Of a DNA stretch of 64,000 nucleotides, positions 33,955 through 46,767 are shown one piece after another. Below the pieces are notes generated by a model. The model saw nothing but the letters and a program-made list of their open reading frames with translations. It did not search any database and was not told the DNA's origin. The stretch lies in NCBI GenBank assembly GCA_964016885.1, contig OZ024740.1, positions 6,076,001 to 6,140,000 of the forward strand. Direction: 5' to 3'. The stretch is from Eledone cirrhosa (taxonomy: Eukaryota). Made by a program: the position numbers and the translations under genes. Every line of letters starts with the position of its first letter. Position 1 is the first letter of the stretch.

Positions 33955-36825
33955 TATATACCTCCACTGTACATACCTCGATCGTATATACATACCACCA
34001 CTGCACATATCTCTACTTTTACATACCTCCACTGTACATACCTCAAATGTACATACCTCGATTGTATATACATACCACCACTGCACATATCTCTACTTTT
34101 ACATACCTCCAATGTATATACCTCCATGTACATACCTCCACTGTAGATACCTCCACTGTACATACCTCCTCTGTACATACCTCCACTGTACATACCTCCA
34201 CTGCACATACCTCCACTGTACATACCTCCACTGTACACAACTCTACTGCACGTACATCAACTGCACATACCTCCACCGCACATACCACCACTGCACATAC
34301 CTCCACTGCACATACCTCTACTGTACATACCTCCACTGTAATACCTCCACTGCACATACCTCCACTGTACATACCTCCACTGTACATAACTCCACTGCAC
34401 ATACCTCCAATATACATACCTCCACTGTACATACCTCCACTGTAGATACCTCCACTGTACATACCTCCTCTGTACATACCTCCACTGTATATATCTCCAC
34501 TGTACATACCTCCACTGTCACATACCTCCACTGCACATACCTCCACTGCACATACCTCCACTGTACATACCTCTACTGCACATACCTCCACTGTACATAC
34601 CTCCACTGCACATACCTCCAATGTACATACCTCCACTCTACATACCTCCACTGTAGATACCTCCACTGTACATACCTCCTCTGTACATACCTCCACTGTA
34701 CATACCTCCACTGTACATAACTCCACTGTACATACCTCCACTGTACATACCTCGACTGAACATACCTCCACTGCACATACCTCCCCTGCACATACCTCCA
34801 CTGCACATACCTCGACTGAACATACCTCCAATGCACATACCTCCCCTGCACATACCTCCACTGTACATACCTCCACTGCACATATCTCCACTGTACATAC
34901 CTCCACTGCACATACCTCCACTGCACATACCTCCACTGTACATACCTCCACTGCACATACCTCCACTGTACATACCTCCACTGCACATACCTCCACTGTA
35001 CATGCCTTCACTGCACATACATCCACTGTACATACCTCCACTGTACATACCTCCACTGTACATACCTCCTCTGTACATACCTCCACTATAGATACCTCCA
35101 CTGTACATACCTTCTCTGTACATACCTCCACTGTACATACCTCCACTGCACATACCTCCACTGCACATACCTCCACTGTACATACATCCACTGTACATAA
35201 CTCCACTGTACATACCTCCACTGCACATACCTCCACTGCACATACCTCCACTGTACATACCTCCACTGCACATACCTCCACTGTACATACCTCCACTGTA
35301 CATACCTCCACTGTACATACCTCCACTGCACATACCTCCACTGTACATACCTCCACTGTACACACCTCCACTGCACATACCTCCACTGTACATACCTCCA
35401 CTGCATATACCTCCACAGCACATACCTCCACTGTACATACCTCCACTGTACATATCTCCACTGCACATACCTCCACTGCACATACCTCCACTGTACATAC
35501 CTCCACTGTACATACCTCCTCTGTACATACCTCCACTGTACATACCTACACTGCACATACCTCCACTGCCCATACTTCCACTGTACATACATCTACTGCA
35601 CATACCTCCACTGCACATACCTCCACTGCACATACCTCCACAGCACATACCTCCATTGCACATACCTCCACTGTACATACCTCCACTGTACATACCTCCA
35701 CTGCGCCTACCGCCACGGTACATACCTCCATTGCACATACCTCCACTGTACATACCTCCACTGTACATATCTCCACTGCACATACCTCCACTGTACATAC
35801 CTCCACTGTACATACCTCCACTGTACATACCTCCACTGCACATACCTCCACGGTACATACCTCCATTGCACATACCTCCACTGTACATACCTCCACTGTA
35901 CATATCTCCATTGCACATACCCCCAGTGCACATACCTACATTGTACATACCTCCACTGTACATACCTCCACAGCACATACCTCCACTGTACATACCTCCA
36001 CTTTACATACCTCCACAGCACATACCTCCACTGTACATACCACCACTGTACATACATCCACGGTACATACCTCCATTGCACATACCTACACTGTACATAC
36101 CTCCACTGTACATACCACCACTGCACATACCTCCACTGCATATACCTACACCGTACATACCTCCACTGTACATACAACCACTGCACATACCTCCACTGTA
36201 CATACCTCCACTGCACATACCTCCACTGCACATACCTCCACAGCACATACCTCCATTGCACATACCTCCACTGTACATACCTCCACTGTACATACCTCCA
36301 CTGCACATACCTCCACTGTACATACCTCCATTGCACATACCTCCACTGTACATACCTCCACTGTACATATCTCTACTGCACATACCTCCACTGTACATAC
36401 CTCCACTGTACATACCTCCATTGCACATACCTCCACTGTACATACCACCACTGCACATACCTCCACTGCATATACCTACACTGTACATACCTCCACTGTA
36501 CATACAACCACTGCATATACCTCCACTGTACATACCTCCACTGTACATACCTCCCCTGCACATACCTCCACTGTACATACCTCCACTGTACATACCTCCA
36601 TTGTACATACCTCCACTGCACATACCTCCAATGTACATACCTCCACTGTACATACCTCCACTGTACATACCTCCAATGTACATACCTCCACTTTACATAC
36701 CTCCACTGCACATACCTCCAATGTACATAACTCTACTGTACATACCTCCATTGTACTTACCTCCACTGTACATAGCTCCTCGTGACACCTACACGATCTC
36801 GATCTCATTATCTCGTGGTGTTGGT

Positions 36826-36849
36826 GGGAGTGGGAGTATAGGGTAGGGG
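36826..36849 (+). other. Potential G-quadruplex motif
   Basis: GGG-agt-GGG-agtata-GGG-ta-GGGG fits the canonical G3+N1-7 x4 pattern. A fifth GGG lies at 36859-36861. This is a motif match only; folding is not shown. Confidence 0.55.
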
Positions 36850-37309
36850 TAGTGGATTGGGTTGTGTATTTGGTTAAGAGATACCTACTGACTGTATGTT
36901 TTGCTTTGTACTTAGGCAAGGCGGGTCTTCTGTATTACTGCGTAGCGTCAAAGATCTCGGTCCAGTGACATTGTCTTAGAGAGGTGTAAGTGTGTAAGGT
37001 CAGAATTTATCAGATCGTCCCAGGTTTTTCTGGGTCTACCTACTCCGTAACTACCATCAATTTTGATTGCTCTGCACTTTTTTATATAGCTGTCATCTTT
37101 CATGCGCACCAGGTAACCATACCAACGTAGTCTTCTCTCAAGTAAACAGTATGTGATCCATCTTATTCACTTAGTTCATTTATGCTTTGCCGTTCGTGTA
37201 TATTACTATTACACATCCAACGGAGCATGGATGCTTCTTTCCTCTTCAGTCTGAACAGATCCTCTGCTCGTAATGCTCATGTCTCACTGCCATGTAACAT
37301 TGCTGTTCG

Positions 37310-37346
37310 TATATATACATTATATATATATATCTATATATATATA
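37310..37346. repeat. Imperfect (TA)n microsatellite
   Basis: tatatatacattatatatatatatctatatatatata is seen directly. Confidence 0.9.
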
Positions 37347-37434
37347 ACGAAGAAGTTGTGGTAAGGAACCAGATGGACCATAACGCAACAGAGTACTCAA
37401 TACTTAGGGTAGTAGAGTGGGTAATAGGAAAAAA

Positions 37435-38168
<734 letters not shown>

Positions 38169-38743
38169 TATATTATTGTTCTGCAACCCCATAGAATTGG
38201 TATATATATGATGGTATAGTGTCCCTAGTAGAAATTCTTCACCAAAGATTTTATACCAAAATATTCATAGAACTGGTTTATATATGATTGTATAGTGTTC
38301 TTAGTAGAAATTCTTCAGCAAAGGGATTTATACCAAAATATTCATAGAACTGGTATATATATCATTGTATAGTGTCCCTAGTAGAAATTCTTTCCCAAAG
38401 AGATTCATACCAAAATATACATAGAACTGGTATACATATGATTGTATAGTGTCCTTAGTAGAAATACTTCACCATAGAGATTTATACCAAAATATTCATA
38501 GAACTGGTATATATATATGATTGTATAGTGTCCTTTGTAGAAATTCTTCACCAGAGATTTTATACCAAAATATTCATAGCACTGGTATATATATGATTGT
38601 ATCGTGTCCTTAGTAGAAACACTTCACCAAAGATTCTATACCCAAATATTCATACAACTGATATATATATGATTGTATAGTGTCCTTAGTAGAAATACTT
38701 CACCAAAGAGATTTATACCAAAATATTCAGAGAACTGGTTTAT

Positions 38744-41700
38744 ATATGATTGTATAGTGTCCTTAGTAGAAATTCTTCTACAAAGAGATTTATACCCAAA
38801 TATTCATAGAACTGTTATATATATGATTGTATAGTGTCCTTAGTAAAAATTCTTCACCAAAGAGATTTATACCAAAATATTCATAGAACTGGTATATATA
38901 TGATTATATAGTGTCCTTAGTAGAAATTCTTCACCAAAGAGATTTATACCAAAATATTCATAGAACTGGTATACATATGATTGCATAGTGTCCCCGGTAG
39001 GAATTTTTCACCAAAGAGATTTATACCAAAATATTCATATAACTGGTATATATATGATTGTATATTTTCCCTAGTAGAAATTCTTCACCAGAGAGATTCA
39101 TACCAAAATATTCATAGAACTGGTATATATATAATTGTATAGTGTCCTTAGTAGAAACTCTTCACCAATGGCTTTATACCAAAATATACATAGAACAGGT
39201 ATACATATGTTTGTATAGTGTCATTAGTAGAAATACTTCACCATAGAGATTTATACCAAAATGTTCATAGAACTGGTATATATATATGATTGTATAGTGT
39301 CCTTAGTAGAAGTTCTTCACCAAAGATTTTATACCAGAATATACATAGAACTGGTAAATATATGATTGTATAGTGTCCTTAGTAGAAATTCTTCACCAAA
39401 GAGATTTATACTAAAATATTCTTAGAACTGGTATATATATGATTGTATAGTGTACTTCGTAGAAATTCTTCACCAAACAGATTTATACCAAAATATTCAT
39501 AGAACTGGTATATAGTTGATTGTATAGTGTCCTTAGTAGAAATTCTTCACCAAAGATTTTATACGAGAATATACATAGAACTGTTATATATATGATTGTA
39601 TAGTGTCCTTAGTAGAAATTCTTCACCAAAGAGATTTATACCAAAATATTCATAGAACTGGTATATATATGATTATATAGTGTCCTTAGTAGAAATTCTT
39701 CACCAAAGAGATTTATACCAAAATATTCATAGAACTGGTATTCATATGATTGCATAGTGTCCCCGGTAGGAATTTTTCACCAAAGAGATTTATACCAAAA
39801 TAGTCATATAATTGGTATATATATGATTGTATATTTTCCCTAGAAGAAATTCTTCACCAGAGAGATTCATACCAAATATTCATAGAACTGGTATATATAT
39901 ATGATTGTATAGTGTCCTTAGTAGAAATTCTTCTCCAAAGAGATTTATACTAAAATATTCTTAGAACTGGTATATATATGATTGTGTAGTGTCCTTAGTA
40001 GAAATACTTGACCAAAGAGATGAATACCAAAATATTCATAGAAGTGGTATATATATGATTGTATAGTGTCCTTAGTAGAAATTCTTCACCAAAGAGATTT
40101 ATACCAAAATATTCATAGAAATGGTATATATATGATTGTATAGTGTCCTTAGTAGAAACTCTTCACCAAAGATGTTATACCAAAATATTCATAGAACTGG
40201 TATATATATGATTGTATATTTTCCTTATTAGAAATACTTCACCAAAGAGATTTATACCAAAATATTCATAGAACTGGTATATATATGATTGTATAGTGTC
40301 CTTAGTAGAAATTCTTCACCAAAGAGATTCATACCAAAATATTCATAGAACTTGTATAATTATGATTGTATAGTGTCCTTAGTAGAAATTCTTCACCAAA
40401 GAGATTTATACCAAAATATTCATAGAACTGGTATATTTATGATTGTATAGTGTCCTTAGTAGAAATTCTTCACCAAAGTCTTTATACCAAAATATACATA
40501 GAACTGGTATACATATGATTGTATAGTGTCCTTAGTAGAAATACTTCACCATAGAGATTTATACCAAAATATTCATAGAACTGGTATATTTATGATTGTA
40601 TAGTGTCCTTAGTAGAAATTCTTCACCAAAGACTTTATACCAAAATGTACATAGAACTGGTATACATATGATTGTATAGTGTCCTTAGTAGAAATATTTC
40701 ACCAAAGAGATTTATACCAAAATATTCATAAAACTGGTATATATATGATTTTATAATGTCCTTAGTATGAATTCTTCACCAAAGCGATTTATTCAAAAAT
40801 ATTCATAGAACGGGTATATATATGATTGTATAGTGTCCTTAGTAGAAATACTTCACCAAAGACATTTATACCAAAATATTCATAGAGATGGTATATATAT
40901 GATTGTATAGTGTCGTTAGTAGCAATTCTTCACCAAAGAGATTTATATCAAAATAGTCATAGAACTGGTATATATATGATTGTGTAGTGTCCTTAGTAGA
41001 AATACTTCACCAAAGAGATGAATACCAAAATATTCATAGAAGTGGTATATATATGATTGTATAGTGTCCTTAGTAGAAATTCTTCACCAAAGAGATTTAT
41101 ACCAAAATATTCATAGAAATGGTATATATATGATTGTATAGTGTCCTTAGTAGAAGTTCTTCACCAAAGATTTTATACCAGAATATACATAGAACTGGTA
41201 AATATATGATTGTATAGTGTCCTTAGTAGAAACTCTTCACCAATGGCTTTATACCAAAATATACATAGAACAGGTATACATATGTTTGTATAGTGTCATT
41301 AGTAGAAATACTTCACCATAGAGATTTATACCAAAATGTTCATAGAACTGGTATATATATATGATTGTATAGTGTCCTTAGTAGAAGTTCTTCACCAAAG
41401 ATTTTATACCAGAATATACATAGAACTGGTAAATATATGATTGTATAGTGTTCTTAGTAGAAATTCTTCACCAAAGAGATTTATACTAAAATATTCTTAG
41501 AACTGGTATATATATGATTGTATAGTGTACTTCGTAGAAATTCTTCACCAAACAGATTTATACGAAAATATTCATAAAACTGGTATATAGTTGATTGTAT
41601 AGTGTCCTTAGTAGAAATTCTTCACCAAAGATTTTATACGAGAATATACATAGAACTGTTATATATATGATTGTATAGTGTCCTTAGTAGAAATTCTTCA

Positions 41701-44700
41701 CCAAAGAGATTTATACCAAAATATTCATAGAACTGGTATATATATGATTATATAGTGTCCTTAGTAGAAATTCTTCACCAAAGAGATTTATACCAAAATA
41801 TTCATAGAACTGGTATTCATATGATTGCATAGTGTCCCCGGTAGGAATTTTTCACCAAAGAGATTTATACCAAAATAGTCATATAATTGGTATATATATG
41901 ATTGTATATTTTCCCTAGAAGAAATTCTTCACCAGAGAGATTCATACCAAATATTCATAGAACTGGTATATATATATGATTGTATAGTGTCCTTAGTAGA
42001 AATTCTTCTCCAAAGAGATTTATACTAAAATATTCTTAGAACTGGTATATATATGATTGTGTAGTGTCCTTAGTAGAAATACTTGACCAAAGAGATGAAT
42101 ACCAAAATATTCATAGAAGTGGTATATATATGATTGTATAGTGTCCTTAGTAGAAATTCTTCACCAAAGAGATTTATACCAAAATATTCATAGAAATGGT
42201 ATATATATGATTGTATAGTGTCCTTAGTAGAAACTCTTCACCAAAGATGTTATACCAAAATATTCATAGAACTGGTATATATATGATTGTATATTTTCCT
42301 TATTAGAAATACTTCACCAAAGAGATTTATACCAAAATATTCATAGAACTGGTATATATATGATTGTATAGTGTCCTTAGTAGAAATTCTTCACCAAAGA
42401 GATTCATACCAAAATATTCAAAGAACTTGTATAATTATGATTGTATAGTGTCCTTAGTAGAAATTCTTCACCAAAGAGATTTATACCAAAATATTCATAG
42501 AACTGGTATATTTATGATTGTATAGTGTCCTTAGTAGAAATTCTTCACCAAAGACTTTATACCAAAATATACATAGAACTGGTATACATATGATTGTATA
42601 GTGTCCTTAGTAGAAATACTTCACCATAGAGATTTATACCAAAATATTCATAGAACTGGTATATTTATGATTGTATAGTGTCCTTAGTAGAAATTCTTCA
42701 CCAAAGACTTTATACCAAAATGTACATAGAACTGGTATACATATGATTGTATAGTGTCCTTAGTAGAAATTCTTCTACAAAGAGATTTATACCCAAATAT
42801 TCATAGAACTGTTATATATATGATTGTATAGTGTCCTTAGTAAAAATTCTTCACCAAAGAGATTTATACCAAAATATTCATAGAACTGGTATATATATGA
42901 TTATATAGTGTCCTTAGTAGAAATTCTTCACCAAAGAGATTTATACCAAAATATTCATAGAACTGGTATACATATGATTGCATAGTGTCCCCGGTAGGAA
43001 TTTTTCACCAAAGAGATTTATACCAAAATATTCATATAACTGGTATATATATGATTGTATATTTTCCCTAGTAGAAATTCTTCACCAGAGAGATTCATAC
43101 CAAAATATTCATAGAACTGGTATATATATAATTGTATAGTGTCCTTAGTAGAAACTCTTCACCAATGGCTTTATACCAAAATATACATAGAACAGGTATA
43201 CATATGTTTGTATAGTGTCATTAGTAGAAATACTTCACCATAGAGATTTATACCAAAATGTTCATAGAACTGGTATATATATATGATTGTATAGTGTCCT
43301 TAGTAGAAGTTCTTCACCAAAGATTTTATACCAGAATATACATAGAACTGGTAAATATATGATTGTATAGTGTCCTTAGTAGAAATTCTTCACCAAAGAG
43401 ATTTATACTAAAATATTCTTAGAACTGGTATATATATGATTGTATAGTGTACTTCGTAGAAATTCTTCACCAAACAGATTTATACCAAAATATTCATAGA
43501 ACTGGTATATAGTTGATTGTATAGTGTCCTTAGTAGAAATTCTTCACCAAAGATTTTATACGAGAATATACATAGAACTGTTATATATATGATTGTATAG
43601 TGTCCTTAGTAGAAATTCTTCACCAAAGAGATTTATACCAAAATATTCATAGAACTGGTATATATATGATTATATAGTGTCCTTAGTAGAAATTCTTCAC
43701 CAAAGAGATTTATACCAAAATATTCATAGAACTGGTATTCATATGATTGCATAGTGTCCCCGGTAGGAATTTTTCACCAAAGAGATTTATACCAAAATAG
43801 TCATATAATTGGTATATATATGATTGTATATTTTCCCTAGAAGAAATTCTTCACCAGAGAGATTCATACCAAATATTCATAGAACTGGTATATATATATG
43901 ATTGTATAGTGTCCTTAGTAGAAATTCTTCTCCAAAGAGATTTATACTAAAATATTCTTAGAACTGGTATATATATGATTGTGTAGTGTCCTTAGTAGAA
44001 ATACTTGACCAAAGAGATGAATACCAAAATATTCATAGAAGTGGTATATATATGATTGTATAGTGTCCTTAGTAGAAATTCTTCACCAAAGAGATTTATA
44101 CCAAAATATTCATAGAAATGGTATATATATGATTGTATAGTGTCCTTAGTAGAAACTCTTCACCAAAGATGTTATACCAAAATATTCATAGAACTGGTAT
44201 ATATATGATTGTATATTTTCCTTATTAGAAATACTTCACCAAAGAGATTTATACCAAAATATTCATAGAACTGGTATATATATGATTGTATAGTGTCCTT
44301 AGTAGAAATTCTTCACCAAAGAGATTCATACCAAAATATTCATAGAACTTGTATAATTATGATTGTATAGTGTCCTTAGTAGAAATTCTTCACCAAAGAG
44401 ATTTATACCAAAATATTCATAGAACTGGTATATTTATGATTGTATAGTGTCCTTAGTAGAAATTCTTCACCAAAGTCTTTATACCAAAATATACATAGAA
44501 CTGGTATACATATGATTGTATAGTGTCCTTAGTAGAAATACTTCACCATAGAGATTTATACCAAAATATTCATAGAACTGGTATTTTTATGATTGTATAG
44601 TGTCCTTAGTAGAAATTCTTCACCAAAGACTTTATACCAAAATGTACATAGAACTGGTATACATATGATTGTATAGTGTCCTTAGTAGAAATATTTCACC

Positions 44701-46767
44701 AAAGAGATTTATACCAAAATATTCATAAAACTGGTATATATATGATTTTATAATGTCCTTAGTATGAATTCTTCACCAAAGCGATTTATTCAAAAATATT
44801 CATAGAACGGGTATATATATGATTGTATAGTGTCCTTAGTAGAAATACTTCACCAAAGACATTTATACCAAAATATTCATAGAGATGGTATATATATGAT
44901 TGTATAGTGTCGTTAGTAGCAATTCTTCACCAAAGAGATTTATATCAAAATAGTCATAGAACTGGTATATATATGATTGTGTAGTGTCCTTAGTAGAAAT
45001 ACTTCACCAAAGAGATGAATACCAAAATATTCATAGAAGTGGTATATATATGATTGTATAGTGTCCTTAGTAGAAATTCTTCACCAAAGAGATTTATACC
45101 AAAATATTCATAGAAATGGTATATATATGATTGTATAGTGTCCTTAGTAGAAGTTCTTCACCAAAGATTTTATACCAGAATATACATAGAACTGGTAAAT
45201 ATATGATTGTATAGTGTCCTTAGTAGAAACTCTTCACCAATGGCTTTATACCAAAATATACATAGAACAGGTATACATATGTTTGTATAGTGTCATTAGT
45301 AGAAATACTTCACCATAGAGATTTATACCAAAATGTTCATAGAACTGGTATATATATATGATTGTATAGTGTCCTTAGTAGAAGTTCTTCACCAAAGATT
45401 TTATACCAGAATATACATAGAACTGGTAAATATATGATTGTATAGTGTTCTTAGTAGAAATTCTTCACCAAAGAGATTTATACTAAAATATTCTTAGAAC
45501 TGGTATATATATGATTGTATAGTGTACTTCGTAGAAATTCTTCACCAAACAGATTTATACGAAAATATTCATAAAACTGGTATATAGTTGATTGTATAGT
45601 GTCCTTAGTAGAAATTCTTCACCAAAGATTTTATACGAGAATATACATAGAACTGTTATATATATGATTGTATAGTGTCCTTAGTAGAAATTCTTCACCA
45701 AAGAGATTTATACCAAAATATTCATAGAACTGGTATATATATGATTATATAATGTCCTTAGTAGAAATTCTTCACCAAAGAGATTTATACCAAAATATTC
45801 ATTGAACTGGTATTCATATGATTGCATAGTGTCCCCGGTAGGAATTTTTCACCAAAGAGATTTATACCAAAATAGTCATATAATTGGTATATATATGATT
45901 GTATATTTTCCCTAGAAGAAATTCTTCACCAGAGAGATTCATACCAAATATTCATAGAACTGGTATATATATATGATTGTATAGTGTCCTTAGTAGAAAT
46001 TCTTCTCCAAAGAGATTTATACTAAAATATTCTTAGAACTGGTATATATATGATTGTGTAGTGTCCTTAGTAGAAATACTTGACCAAAGAGATGAATACC
46101 AAAATATTCATAGAAGTGGTATATATATGATTGTATAGTGTCCTTAGTAGAAATTCTTCACCAAAGAGATTTATACCAAAATATTCATAGAAATGGTATA
46201 TATATGATTGTATAGTGTCCTTAGTAGAAACTCTTCACCAAAGATGTTATACCAAAATATTCATAGAACTGGTATATATATGATTGTATATTTTCCTTAT
46301 TAGAAATACTTCACCAAAGAGATTTATACCAAAATATTCATAGAACTGGTATATATATGATTGTATAGTGTCCTTAGTAGAAATTCTTCACCAAAGAGAT
46401 TCATACCAAAATATTCAAAGAACTTGTATAATTATGATTGTATAGTGTCCTTAGTAGAAATTCTTCACCAAAGAGATTTATACCAAAATATTCATAGAAC
46501 TGGTATATTTATGATTGTATAGTGTCCTTAGTAGAAATTCTTCACCAAAGACTTTATACCAAAATATACATAGAACTGGTATACATATGATTGTATAGTG
46601 TCCTTAGTAGAAATACTTCACCATAGAGATTTATACCAAAATATTCATAGAACTGGTATATTTATGATTGTATAGTGTCCTTAGTAGAAATTCTTCACCA
46701 AAGACTTTATACCAAAATGTACATAGAACTGGTATACATATGATTGTATAGTGTCCTTAGTAGAAAT
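38744..46767. repeat. 3997-bp (52-monomer) tandem duplication in the 77-bp satellite (38744-42770 matches 42741-46767)
   Basis: The rare variant ccccggtagg is at 38992/39761/41836 and again at 42989/43758/45833, all +3997. The ttctac marker is at 38779/42776. At least 3 substitutions separate the copies (40588/44585, 41755/45752, 41806/45803). Confidence 0.9.

Larger units (their letters stand above)
1..36780. repeat. 15-bp tandem repeat (minisatellite/satellite) array, consensus CATACCTCCACTG(T/C)A, about 2,400 copies, open at the left edge of the window
   Basis: Seen directly: continuous head-to-tail ACATACCTCCACTGT / ACATACCTCCACTGC units from base 1 to ...catagctcct (36780). There are scattered substitutions and 19-bp variants (extra CATA/CATC/GATA). 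The + strand is strongly C-rich and G-poor. Copy number is estimated as length divided by 15. Confidence 0.99.

Noticed and set aside
36815-36870. Inverted degenerate copy of the 15-mer, or a Chi/minisatellite-core motif
   Set aside because: The similarity (gtgggagtat vs gtggaggtat; CAGTGGAGG vs GCTGGTGG) is too short and loose to separate from base-composition effects.
126-36919. More than a hundred long ORFs on both strands (mucin-like HTSTV, Pro-rich YIPPL, keratin-associated-like MCSGG, VEVCT, YVQWR)
   Set aside because: All are translations of one stop-free 15-bp monomer. They overlap in all six frames and switch frame at non-triplet indels, with no unique N- or C-terminal domain, signal peptide or splice context.
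37071-37119. Possible micro-exon (pyrimidine-rich tract, AG, 23 nt, CAG/GTAACC)
   Set aside because: Splice-like signals of this strength occur by chance. There is no partner exon or transcript evidence in the window.
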